A stretch of DNA of 64,000 nt from an uncultured Acidimicrobiia bacterium. GTDB lineage: Bacteria > Actinomycetota > Acidimicrobiia > Spongiisociales > UBA5794. Where the stretch lies: the NCBI GenBank assembly GCA_965368815.1, contig CBDUOH010000002.1:15090-79089 (forward strand), in the 5' to 3' direction. Positions 26,624 through 35,688 of this stretch are shown piece by piece. Each line of letters opens with the position of its first letter. The stretch's first letter is position 1. A program made the translations under genes and the position numbers. Below the pieces are notes generated by a model. The model was not told where the DNA came from. It was given only the letters and a program-made list of their open reading frames with translations, and did not search any database.

Positions 26624-27682
26624 ATGAACAACGCGACGATCACCGGTTGGGGTCGCTGCATTCCGCAGCCCGTCGTCACGAACGAGGAGCTCTCGACGGT
26701 TGTCGACACCAGTGACGAGTGGATCACCAGCCGTTCGGGGATCAAGGAACGGCACGTGTCGCACGTCCAGAACTCCGACATGGCCACCCTCGCCGGGAAG
26801 CGCGCCATCGCTGCTGCCGGGCTCACCCCTTCGGACATCGACTATGTGATCGTCGCTACGTGCACGGGGGACAGGCAGATCCCTTCCACGGCCTGCTACG
26901 TCCAGGCCAAGATCGGTGCAGTCAACGCCGCTGCAGCCGACATCAATGCCGGGTGCACCGGATTCGTATACGGCATGTCGATGGCCCAGGGTCTCATCGC
27001 GACCGGGACGGCACGCCGTGTCCTGTTGATCGGATCCGAGCGGATCACGACATATCTCGATCTCGACGTACGTTCCACGGCCGTCCTGTTCGGCGACGGT
27101 GCCGGTGCCGTGGTGTTCGAGGCCACGAACGAGCAGGTCGGCATCCGGTCGATGACGTTGGGATCGGATGGGACGGCAGCCGATCACCTGACCGCGATCG
27201 GCCTCGGTACCGAGTTCATCGGATCCGAGGCGCGGCTCTCCGTCGTCATGGACGGCGCGGAGGTGTTCAAGCAAGCGGTGGTCAAGATGGGTGAGTGCAC
27301 CGTCGAGGCCGCCGAGCGAGCCGGTTGGAAAGAGGATGACATCGATCTCGTCATCCCACATCAGGCGAACATCCGGATCATCGACGCGGTCCGACGCAGG
27401 CTCGGTGCGGATGAATCGGTCGTCTACGCCAACATCCACAAATACGGCAACACCTCTGCTGCGACGATTCCGATCGCCCTGAGCGAGGCGCTCGATGACG
27501 GCGTGGTGAAACCGAACGCCAACCTGATCTTCGTGGCATTCGGTGCGGGTTTCACATGGGGTGCGAGCGGTCTCGTGTGGGGCGACAGGCTCCAACCGGT
27601 GTCGGTGATCGACGAAGAGTTGCCCGAACCGACGATGACCGGTCTCGACATCATGAAGTCGCGACAGCAGGTGTTCGTCTGA
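26624..27682 (+). CDS. fabH: 3-oxoacyl-ACP synthase III
   Basis: It has the 'AACAGF'-type cysteine region 'NAGCTGFVYGM', plus His/Asn motifs and the 'GNTSAATIP' tail. Confidence 0.9.
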   Translation: MNNATITGWGRCIPQPVVTNEELSTVVDTSDEWITSRSGIKERHVSHVQNSDMATLAGKRAIAAAGLTPSDIDYVIVATCTGDRQIPSTACYVQAKIGAVNAAAADINAGCTGFVYGMSMAQGLIATGTARRVLLIGSERITTYLDLDVRSTAVLFGDGAGAVVFEATNEQVGIRSMTLGSDGTAADHLTAIGLGTEFIGSEARLSVVMDGAEVFKQAVVKMGECTVEAAERAGWKEDDIDLVIPHQANIRIIDAVRRRLGADESVVYANIHKYGNTSAATIPIALSEALDDGVVKPNANLIFVAFGAGFTWGASGLVWGDRLQPVSVIDEELPEPTMTGLDIMKSRQQVFV

Positions 27683-28416
27683 TGCCCGGGGTCGCGCTTG
27701 TCACAGGAGCATCGCGTGGTATCGGGCGTGCGATCGCCCTCCAGCTCGCCGCCGACGGCTTCGCGGTCGGTGTCAACTACGCATCGAGCTCTGCCAAGGC
27801 TGACGAGGTCGTGGCCGAGATCGTGGAAGCAGGTGGGTCGGCCGTGGCGGTTCAGGCCGACGTCGGCAATGCCGACGCGGTTGCTGCGATGTTCGAGCGG
27901 GTAGCCGAGGAACTCGGTCCGGTCACCGTCCTCGTGAACAACGCAGGCATCACCGACGACGGGCTTCTCCTCAGAATGGGTGTCGACCAATGGGACCGTG
28001 TCATCGAGACGAACCTGCGGTCGGTGTTCCTGTGCACGAAGGCCGCACTCCGATCGATGATCCGCAACAAGAGCGGCAGGGTCATCAACATCTCGTCGGT
28101 GTCGGGCGTCTCCGGAAACCCGGGCCAGGGCAACTACTCGGCTTCGAAGGCAGGGGTCATCGGATTCACCAAATCAACCGCCAAGGAGGTCGGCTCCCGC
28201 GGCATCACCGTCAATGCGGTTGCCCCGGGTTTCATCGCCACGGACATGACCGATGCGCTTGGCGAGGATGCCACAAGCGCTGCCGCCGAACAGATCTCTC
28301 TGGGCCGTCTGGGTACCCCGGAGGAAGTCGCATCCGTCGTTGGCTATCTTGCCTCTGACGGAGCGTCGTACATCACGGGTCAGACCATCGTCGTCGATGG
28401 CGGTCTGGCACTTTGA
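27682..28416 (+). CDS. fabG: 3-oxoacyl-ACP reductase
   Basis: It is an SDR with 'VTGASRGIGRAIA', 'NNAG', 'YSASKAG' and the FabG-like 'GITVNAVAPGFIATDMT'. Its start makes a TGATG overlap with fabH. Confidence 0.9.
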   Translation: MPGVALVTGASRGIGRAIALQLAADGFAVGVNYASSSAKADEVVAEIVEAGGSAVAVQADVGNADAVAAMFERVAEELGPVTVLVNNAGITDDGLLLRMGVDQWDRVIETNLRSVFLCTKAALRSMIRNKSGRVINISSVSGVSGNPGQGNYSASKAGVIGFTKSTAKEVGSRGITVNAVAPGFIATDMTDALGEDATSAAAEQISLGRLGTPEEVASVVGYLASDGASYITGQTIVVDGGLAL

Positions 28417-28436
28417 CAACCAGGAGGGCGAAAGCC

Positions 28437-28682
28437 ATGGAAAGATCCGATATCGAATCCAAGATGAAAGATCTGCTCGTCGAAGAGCTTGGTCTGGACG
28501 CAGACAAGATCACGATGAGCGCGACGTTCGAGGAGGATCTCGAAGTTGATTCGCTCGGTGTCGTCGAGCTGCTGATGGCGCTTGAGGACAACTTCGGCGT
28601 CCAGATCCCGGACGAAGAAGCCGAGTCGCTCGTTACCGTTGGCGAGGCAGTAGATCTTGTCGAGCAGAAGCTCAACGGTTAG
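28437..28682 (+). CDS. acpP: Acyl carrier protein
   Basis: It has the phosphopantetheine attachment motif 'LEVDSLGVVEL'. A 'GGAGGG' RBS sits 7 nt upstream of the ATG. It is an internal start in track ORF 28413..28682. Confidence 0.9.
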   Translation: MERSDIESKMKDLLVEELGLDADKITMSATFEEDLEVDSLGVVELLMALEDNFGVQIPDEEAESLVTVGEAVDLVEQKLNG

Positions 28683-28691
28683 AGGAGCATT

Positions 28692-29942
28692 GTGAACCAA
28701 CGGCGCGTTGTCGTAACGGGTCTCGGGGCGGTCACCGCCCTCGGCCCCGATGTAGATACGTTCTGGTCGAACATCCTTGCTGGAAAAAGCGGGATCACGA
28801 CCATCGAGCGCGTCGATACGAGTGATATCCCGACGAAGATCGCAGCCGAGATCAAGGATTTCGACATCGAGAACTTCATGGAGCGCAAGGATGCGCGCCG
28901 TCTCGACAGGTCATCCCAGTTCTTCTGGGTTGCGACGAAGCAGGGGCTCGAAGATGCCGGTTTGTCCTACGAGGAGGATGACCCCGAGGCGCTTCGCACC
29001 GGTGTGCTCGCAGGGACGGGCATCGGCGGTGTCGAGACACTCGAAGAGCAGATGGACGTGCTCTTCAACCGGGGGCCCGGTCGTATGTCCCCCCACGGCA
29101 TCGCCAAGATCATCTCGAACATGGCTGGCGGCGTTGCGTCGATCGATTTCCATCTCTATGGACCCAACAGCACGGTCGTCACTGCGTGTGCCGCGTCGGC
29201 AAACGCGATCGGCGATGCTGCAGCGGTGATCCAGCGAGGATCCGCCGATGTCATGGTGGCCGGCGGTGCCGAGGCGTCGATCACCCGGTTCGCGATGGGC
29301 GGGTTCTCACAAGCCAGAGCGATGAGTACGAACAACGACGACCCCGCAGGGTCGTCGCGACCGTTTGACGCCGACCGTGACGGATTCATCATGGGTGAGG
29401 GCGCAGCGGTGGTCGTGCTCGAGGAATACGAACATGCCCTGGCCCGTGGGGCTCGCATATACGGCGAGATCCTCGGATACGGCATGTCGGCCGACGGCTA
29501 CCACATCACGTTGCCGCGACCCGGTGGGGCCGGAGCAGCACGGGCGATGGAAGCAGCGCTTGCAGACGCAGGTGTGGCACCCGCACAACTCGACTACATC
29601 AACGCCCACGGGACTTCGACACCTGCCAACGACCGTACCGAGACCGCAGCGATCAAGTTGGCCCTCGGCGATGAGGCATACAACGTCGCCGTTTCCTCGA
29701 CGAAGTCGATGACGGGCCACCTCCTCGGTGGTGCGGGAGCACTCGAAGCGGTTGCCTGTTTGCTCGCTATCCGCGATGGCGTGCTGCCGCCCACGATCAA
29801 CTACACCACTCCGGATCCCGACTGTGATCTCGACTACGTGCCGAACGAGCCGCGTTCGGTCGGCATCAAGACAGCGATGTCCAACTCGTTCGGGTTTGGC
29901 GGGCACAACGTGAGTCTCGTCTTCGGAGCCCTCGACCGATAG
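28692..29942 (+). CDS. fabF: 3-oxoacyl-ACP synthase II
   Basis: It is 416 aa, with the Cys region 'VVTACASSANAI', a His-His pair and the 'NSFGFGGHN' tail. Confidence 0.9.
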   Translation: MNQRRVVVTGLGAVTALGPDVDTFWSNILAGKSGITTIERVDTSDIPTKIAAEIKDFDIENFMERKDARRLDRSSQFFWVATKQGLEDAGLSYEEDDPEALRTGVLAGTGIGGVETLEEQMDVLFNRGPGRMSPHGIAKIISNMAGGVASIDFHLYGPNSTVVTACAASANAIGDAAAVIQRGSADVMVAGGAEASITRFAMGGFSQARAMSTNNDDPAGSSRPFDADRDGFIMGEGAAVVVLEEYEHALARGARIYGEILGYGMSADGYHITLPRPGGAGAARAMEAALADAGVAPAQLDYINAHGTSTPANDRTETAAIKLALGDEAYNVAVSSTKSMTGHLLGGAGALEAVACLLAIRDGVLPPTINYTTPDPDCDLDYVPNEPRSVGIKTAMSNSFGFGGHNVSLVFGALDR

Positions 29943-29955
29943 GCATGCTGGCTCG

Positions 29956-30366
29956 CTAGACGTCCCCCTCCGGGACTTCGCATCCGACACCGGGCGGTTC
30001 TTCGCCTTTGATCACCGTTTCGTTGTATTCGTCGAACGATCGTGCAACGAGGGCGGCCACCATGCCGACGCCGAGTATCGATGCCAGACCGAGGACGATC
30101 GCACCCGATATCTCGTATCCGGGGCATGCATCGGGCAAACAGATCGTTTCGACGATGGATGATCCTATGAGGGCCCCTGCAGCGGCCCCCACGAACGTGG
30201 TGATCGCAATGAGCGGCCTGACGTTGGACCGTGCGGCCACATAGGCGAACACGGCACCGAGCGCCGCGCCGGCCACAGCGCCGCTGAAGCCAGCGATGAA
30301 ATACCCTGCAATCGCTCCGAAGATGGACGATCCGACGACGGAGGCACGGTCACCCGGGAGCATCAT
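29956..30366 (-). CDS. Small hypothetical integral membrane protein (136 aa, Gly/Ala-rich TM helices)
   Basis: It is the internal start 'MMLPGD' within track ORF 29956..30882, forming an ATGA overlap with the upstream membrane-protein stop. It has 3-4 hydrophobic helices. Confidence 0.45.
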   Translation of the reverse strand: MMLPGDRASVVGSSIFGAIAGYFIAGFSGAVAGAALGAVFAYVAARSNVRPLIAITTFVGAAAGALIGSSIVETICLPDACPGYEISGAIVLGLASILGVGMVAALVARSFDEYNETVIKGEEPPGVGCEVPEGDV

Positions 30367-31058
30367 GTGTCCTTTCTCGGCGTCCGGGGGGCCGGCAGGG
30401 GAGCCGGCGGGTTTGCGGTCGCCTTGGCAGCATCCGGTAGCCAGGCCGCAAAGGTACCGACGCCACCGGCCAACAGGATCGTCGTGGCCCACGGCATCGG
30501 GGACACGGCGGTCGCGACCAGGGCGGCGACCGGGAGCCCGAGCCTCAGCACCCAGAGCGATCCAGGGAAGCCACGTGCATACAGAAAGGATCCCATCGTC
30601 GCCACCACGGCGGCTGCCCACTGGGCGGGGTGGCTCGTATCGAAAGCACCGATGCCAACGACGAGTGGAGCGATCGGAGCGATGGCCATGAGCACGATGA
30701 CCGATCGGTTCGGGGCGTCGGGTACCGGTTGCTGTCGGACCCAGAAACGAAGCCACGGTCCCCCGAGGGTTACCACCGTGACTGCTGCGGCGATGAGTAC
30801 GGCGTAGAACCACGCGCCGTCGTTTGCTGTACCAAGAGCCGCAGCGCTCGCCACAGCGCCGACAAGCGTCCACCGTCCCCACGGCGCTCGCACGAGGAGG
30901 AATCCGCTCAGCGCGACGAGTGACGATCCGAGGATCCCGATCGCGATGAGCGCAGTCGACGATGCCGAGAACGGTTCCGGGTCGAGGGTGAAGAGGGTCA
31001 GGCCGGCAGTGATCGAACCGGCGGCGAGGATGGCTACCCCGATGGCAAGCCGACGCAC
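30363..31058 (-). CDS. Hypothetical polytopic membrane protein (231 aa, about 6 TM)
   Basis: It has hydrophobic helices throughout and a Pro-rich C-terminal tail. It is translationally coupled to the downstream small membrane protein. Confidence 0.5.
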   Translation of the reverse strand: MRRLAIGVAILAAGSITAGLTLFTLDPEPFSASSTALIAIGILGSSLVALSGFLLVRAPWGRWTLVGAVASAAALGTANDGAWFYAVLIAAAVTVVTLGGPWLRFWVRQQPVPDAPNRSVIVLMAIAPIAPLVVGIGAFDTSHPAQWAAAVVATMGSFLYARGFPGSLWVLRLGLPVAALVATAVSPMPWATTILLAGGVGTFAAWLPDAAKATANPPAPLPAPRTPRKDT

Positions 31059-31074
31059 AGCGCCTCAGGCCCTT

Positions 31075-31506
31075 CTACTGGGAAGGACGGGTATCGATCG
31101 AGCCAGGGATCCTCTGGAACCCGATCGTGGCATTGTGGCGGTAGATCGCCGGGGGCAGGGTGGAGAAGTCGAATTCGAACGTGTCGCCCTTGGCGAGCGT
31201 GACCGGCTCCCACTGGTCCGATGTGGAGGTCAGCAGGTACTCGGCGTCGTCCTCGTTCGTCCAACGGACGATCTGCACAACGTCGAGGTCGACAGGCAGG
31301 ATCGCGGGACGGAACGCGCCGTTTTGGATGACGATGAATGCCACGCCTTCGGGCGGTGGTTCTGTGGTCGTGGTCGTGGTCGGTTTCCGGTCGGCGGCGA
31401 TGACCGCGTCGGACGGTCCTGATGTGATCACGGATCCCACGACGGACAGGACGATGAAGACGGCGAGGATGAGCACCCCGCTCCTGATCATTGTTCCTCG
31501 TCCCAC
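31075..31506 (-). CDS. Hypothetical secreted or membrane-anchored protein (N-terminal signal/TM, Thr/Pro-rich linker 'TTTTTTEPPPE', then a beta-rich domain)
   Basis: The N-terminus is 'MIRSGVLILAVFIVLSVVGS'. It is the first of three co-directional membrane/exported genes. Confidence 0.45.
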   Translation of the reverse strand: MGRGTMIRSGVLILAVFIVLSVVGSVITSGPSDAVIAADRKPTTTTTTEPPPEGVAFIVIQNGAFRPAILPVDLDVVQIVRWTNEDDAEYLLTSTSDQWEPVTLAKGDTFEFDFSTLPPAIYRHNATIGFQRIPGSIDTRPSQ

Positions 31507-31550
31507 CTATGCCTCGATTCGTCGGTTCGGCGAGTGTAGTGGAAGCTTCG

Positions 31551-32162
31551 TCATGACGACGGGTGCGGAACCGTCCTGCCGAGGTTTCTCCAGGTTGCAT
31601 CCTCTCCACGGGCGAGCACGGTTGCTGATGCGTGGGGCGGAGGATCGTCGAGGAGCGTGTCGAGCGGCTTGTCGGTCAACGCCAGGATGGTCGCATTGAC
31701 GGGGTCCTGGTGGGAGACGAAGACAGCCGTGTGTCCCGGCGAGAGATGGTCTTCGACGGCGGCAGTCATCCGGTCCACGACGTCAATGAGTGATTCGTGC
31801 GCCCACGCGAGATCCGAAGGATCGGCGAGATACGACTCGAGCTCGCCCGGGGCAACGGAGGGGAGGTCCTCCCACCGCTGTCCCAACCAGCATGGACTGA
31901 CATCCCATTCCGACAATCGATCATCCGTGATGACTTCGATGCCGTGACGTCGTGCGATGGCGTGAGCAGTGTGCCGAGCCCTGATCAACGGGGAACTGAT
32001 GACGGCGTCGATCGACATGGTGGCCAGATGTCGTGCGGTCCGGTGCGCCTCCAACACACCGACGGCGTCGAGGTCGAAACCCGGGAGATGTCCGTACACC
32101 ACGTGATTGGGGTTCCTGACCCGGCCGTGTCGGACGAGGATGGCGATGGATTCCTTCGACAT
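31551..32162 (-). CDS. Histidine phosphatase family protein (phosphoglycerate-mutase-like)
   Basis: The catalytic 'ILVRHGR' motif follows the internal start 'MSKESIA'. The track ORF extends to 32318. A C-terminal His region 'FVSHQD' is also present. Confidence 0.7.
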   Translation of the reverse strand: MSKESIAILVRHGRVRNPNHVVYGHLPGFDLDAVGVLEAHRTARHLATMSIDAVISSPLIRARHTAHAIARRHGIEVITDDRLSEWDVSPCWLGQRWEDLPSVAPGELESYLADPSDLAWAHESLIDVVDRMTAAVEDHLSPGHTAVFVSHQDPVNATILALTDKPLDTLLDDPPPHASATVLARGEDATWRNLGRTVPHPSS

Positions 32163-32300
32163 GCACGACAGCGTATCGTCTCTCGGGGAAGGAACCCGAC
32201 ACAGAGTCGGAGCGTTGAAGAGGTACAAATCCCTGCAGGCGGGTTGTGCTCGTCTAGCTATAATGAAATCGAGAAGTCGACGCGAGCGACGGTAACAGCC

Positions 32301-32642
32301 ATGCCACTCAACGAACACGAGCAGAAGATCCTCGATGAAATCGAGCGCAAGCTCTATGAGGACGATCCCAAGCTTGCTGAGATGGTGTCCAAGGCTGTCC
32401 GAGGCGACGGCACGCGCTGGAGGATGCGATTCGCCATTGTGGCGTTCGTGGCCGGCGCCGTGCTCATGTTTGCATCGTTCACCGTCTCGTGGATCGTGGC
32501 TGGGCTCGGTTTCCTCGTAATGGTCGCCTCTGCGGGTTGGATGGCCCTCACGATCAGGTCGACCAGGTCCCTACCGACGGGTGCCGGCACCGTCGATGCT
32601 TGGGTGGGACGGTTCAGGCGCAAGTGGCGTCGGGACGAGTAA
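32301..32642 (+). CDS. DUF3040 domain protein (actinobacterial small membrane protein)
   Basis: It has the conserved N-terminus 'MPLNEHEQKILDEIERKLYEDDPKLA' followed by two TM helices. It is the internal start within track ORF 31797..32642. Confidence 0.7.
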   Translation: MPLNEHEQKILDEIERKLYEDDPKLAEMVSKAVRGDGTRWRMRFAIVAFVAGAVLMFASFTVSWIVAGLGFLVMVASAGWMALTIRSTRSLPTGAGTVDAWVGRFRRKWRRDE

Positions 32643-32660
32643 GATAGCCGACCCCTGCCT

Positions 32661-32684
32661 CCGTCTGAGGCTCGGGTCAGACGG
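32661..32684 (+). terminator. Stem-loop (CCGTCTGA-ggctcggg-TCAGACGG, 8-bp perfect stem) 19 nt after the DUF3040 gene stop
   Basis: This is an inverted repeat read directly from the sequence. No U-tract follows, so it is a factor-independent-like hairpin of the high-GC type. Confidence 0.4.
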
Positions 32685-32728
32685 ATGGGTCGCCGCATTT
32701 CGCCCACCCACGAGTAAGGGAGTTTGTC

Positions 32729-33226
32729 TTGGAGGGATTCACCGCCGCACAGGCGTGCGAGCTGACGTCATGCACGCCACACCAGCTTCGCTACTGGGAC
32801 AAGGTCGGATTGGTGAAACCTTCAGTGCAGACAACCGACGGCCGGCCGGGTCGTCGACGGATCTACAGTTTTCGCGACCTCGTCGGGCTGCGGGTCGTCA
32901 AAAGCCTCCTGGACAACGGATTGTCCATCCAGCGGGTGCGACGTGCGTGGGACTACCTCCGCCGCACCGGCAACATGGACGATCATCTCGCCGAGGTCAA
33001 GCTCGTCACCGATGGCGAATCGATCTTCGCTGTCGCCCATGATGACACCGAGCTGCTCAACGCGCTTCGCCAGGGTCAACTCGCGTTCTTCGTGAAGATC
33101 GATGAGATCGCTCTGAGCGTCGAGGACGACGTGACCAAGTTCGAACTCGATCGCAAGAGCTTTCGGGAGATGCTCCGGGTCGTCGAGGACGATGTCATGG
33201 CCGAGGATTCAGAAGCCACGGGCTGA
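32729..33226 (+). CDS. MerR-family transcriptional regulator
   Basis: It has an N-terminal HTH 'FTAAQACELTSCTPHQLRYWDKVGLVKP' and the MerR-type 'RIYSFRDLVGLRVVKSL'. Confidence 0.8.
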   Translation: MEGFTAAQACELTSCTPHQLRYWDKVGLVKPSVQTTDGRPGRRRIYSFRDLVGLRVVKSLLDNGLSIQRVRRAWDYLRRTGNMDDHLAEVKLVTDGESIFAVAHDDTELLNALRQGQLAFFVKIDEIALSVEDDVTKFELDRKSFREMLRVVEDDVMAEDSEATG

Positions 33227-33240
33227 CGAGGTCGGCGAAC

Positions 33241-35688
33241 CTACCGCTTGGTCCGTGCGGTGAGACGACGGAACCGATTGATCAGCCTCGTCGGCCGATA
33301 GGCCGCAGCAACCCGATGCGATCGGGAGTACCGCGTCGTCAGGTGTTGCTCAGCCCGCTCGTGCGCATCCGTGGCCTTGTCGATGACGGCGGCGGACGCT
33401 GTCTTCTCGCCGTAGAGCGTGTCACCGTACACCCTGGCCAGTGGCACGAACGCGTCGTCAAACGACGCTGCTGCCTCGAATGGCGTCGCTGCCGGATCAA
33501 ACGGATCGCCGAGATCGGTCAGCCTGTCCGTGATGTCCTCCCACGCAGCAGAGATGTCTCCGCTGGCGAGGCGTCGTGCGCGTCGCCGACGCCGATACCA
33601 CTTCGTCAACGGTGTCGCCGATGTGAGGACCGCGATCGCGAGGAGGACGATGCCGACGGGGATCGTCCAATCCGGGAGGGCGAATCCACCGTCCTCGGAT
33701 GCGCCGGCGCCCGTCGGGATCGGACCACGATCGATCGGATCGCGGTCGCCGAGTGCAGGATTGAGGAGGTTGTCGTCACCGCCTGACGTATCGACCAGGT
33801 TGCCGCTCGGAATGAGCGCCGCGTATGCGGCGGGCGAGAATCCGAACGCGTCCTCGATCGAATCATCGACGGTCGGGGTCGCATAGTCCGAGCGCGGCGT
33901 GGGATCGAACGCCATCCATCCGTGTGTCGGGATCCAGATCTCCACCCAGGAGTGCGCGTTGCGGTCCATCACGAGAACGGTGCCCGGATTGACCTCGCGG
34001 CCACCGGTGAAGCCCAATACCACCCTCGACGGCATTCCGATGGCCCTGGCCATGAGGGCCATGGTGGTCGCGAACTGCTCGCAGTACCCGTTGCGGGTGA
34101 ATTCGTTCGTTTCGTCAAAGAGCCAGTCGCTCACATTGTCGGTGGTGAAGTTGGACGGCACGCTCGTGTTGTAGGTGAAGCCGCCGTCCTCCCTGAAGTA
34201 GTGCTCGAGGGCCAGGGCACGTTCGAAATTGGTGTCCATGTTGCGTGTGATCGCCCTTGCCTCGGCGACGACCCTCGAACCGAGGTCCTCGGGGTACTCC
34301 GTCCAGTACTCGAGATCGTCGAGCTCGAGGGGTGTCAGGGTCTGCTCCGGTCCCGTGTTGACGATCTGGCCGTCCTCCTCTGCAGTGGCGAACAGGGGAC
34401 TGAGCGTGCCGTCCTCGGTTCTGGCCAGATTGGCGTAGTCGGACGCTGTGAACGTCGGGATCTCAGCCGTGACCGCGTACTCCATGCCGGGTCGGGTGAA
34501 GTCACCCGGGAAGTAGATCGATCCGTCGAGCCTGCGGGTTCGCAGCGCCAGGTAGTCCGACTCCTCGACGGTGGTCGCGTCCGTCGCCGTCACTGGTGTC
34601 GGCAGCCACGGCATCGATAGGTTCTCGATGCGGACCTGGGCGGTGATCGAGGTGGTGGGGCCGCGGTAGATCTGTGGTTCGGAGATCCACGGTTCCTCGT
34701 CGAGCGGGAACGCCTGGATCCGATCTGTCTGCCACCGGTTCCCGTTGAACGAATCGAGCGTGACCATACGGAAGCGAACCGACGTCGGATCGACGTCGCC
34801 CGTGATTGTTGCGGTGAACAAGGGGTTGTTCGACTGGGTGATCAGGTTGGCGCGTATGTCGGTGTACGGGTTGTAGGTGCCCGAACTCGAATAGCCGTCC
34901 GTGTAGCCGGCGGGGGAGCGCCACGTCATCATGCCGTCGTCCGGCACCGTGTCGCCTGCGAACCTGACGGCAAGGAGCGAAAGAGCGATGGTCGAACCCA
35001 CGAGGATCGCGATACCAGGCGATGGGCGTTTCGAGGGTCCTGTGACCGCGTTCGTCCTGGCAAGGCGACCCGACCCCTGGTCGCGTTCGTCGATGCGGAC
35101 CGCGAGCAGGGTGAAGGCGGCGACGCCGATGAACAGTGCCAGGTGCGCCATGCTCTTCGGTTTGCGGTCGATGATCACGAACTGGAGGGCGATGATCAGA
35201 GGGGTGAGGACCGCGACGAACGGGCGGCCGTTGAGCAGGCCGGCCACGAGCAGGAAGCCGAGCGTCCAGAACAGTCCCGACAACAACATGATGAGGCCGG
35301 GTACCGGACGCACCGGCTCGACACCGTGCTGGATGATCTCCACGGCTCGCGACAGCTCGGCTTGGATGGCCGCGTACGTGTCCGATGTCGGGAAGATCGC
35401 CCACAGGGTTTCGGGCGCCACCAGGAGCGAGACCACCGCAACGAAGGCGATCACATTGGCGACAACGGCCACCCAGACGCGTGTCTTGTACGCAAGTGCC
35501 GTCCATGTGATGCCCATGGACAGGAGTACCGAGACCAGGATGGCGACCTGCCACCTCGTCCCGCTCGTCGAGTCGCGAAGGATCGACGACGCCTCCCACA
35601 GGGCAAGCGATATCCCGGCTATGCCGGCTATCCAGCTGAAGCGGTAGACCATCCGTGCTCCATTGCGTTTCTCCATGACTCGGACCAC
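33241..35688 (-). CDS. Transglutaminase-like domain membrane protein (TgpA-like; N-terminal polytopic DUF3488-type domain plus transglutaminase core)
   Basis: The Cys-His-Asp core is 'GYCEQFATTMALMARAIGMPSRVVLGF...NAHSWVEIWIPTHGWMAFDPTP'. There are about 6 N-terminal TM helices and one TM after the core. Confidence 0.85.
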   Translation of the reverse strand: MVRVMEKRNGARMVYRFSWIAGIAGISLALWEASSILRDSTSGTRWQVAILVSVLLSMGITWTALAYKTRVWVAVVANVIAFVAVVSLLVAPETLWAIFPTSDTYAAIQAELSRAVEIIQHGVEPVRPVPGLIMLLSGLFWTLGFLLVAGLLNGRPFVAVLTPLIIALQFVIIDRKPKSMAHLALFIGVAAFTLLAVRIDERDQGSGRLARTNAVTGPSKRPSPGIAILVGSTIALSLLAVRFAGDTVPDDGMMTWRSPAGYTDGYSSSGTYNPYTDIRANLITQSNNPLFTATITGDVDPTSVRFRMVTLDSFNGNRWQTDRIQAFPLDEEPWISEPQIYRGPTTSITAQVRIENLSMPWLPTPVTATDATTVEESDYLALRTRRLDGSIYFPGDFTRPGMEYAVTAEIPTFTASDYANLARTEDGTLSPLFATAEEDGQIVNTGPEQTLTPLELDDLEYWTEYPEDLGSRVVAEARAITRNMDTNFERALALEHYFREDGGFTYNTSVPSNFTTDNVSDWLFDETNEFTRNGYCEQFATTMALMARAIGMPSRVVLGFTGGREVNPGTVLVMDRNAHSWVEIWIPTHGWMAFDPTPRSDYATPTVDDSIEDAFGFSPAAYAALIPSGNLVDTSGGDDNLLNPALGDRDPIDRGPIPTGAGASEDGGFALPDWTIPVGIVLLAIAVLTSATPLTKWYRRRRRARRLASGDISAAWEDITDRLTDLGDPFDPAATPFEAAASFDDAFVPLARVYGDTLYGEKTASAAVIDKATDAHERAEQHLTTRYSRSHRVAAAYRPTRLINRFRRLTARTKR

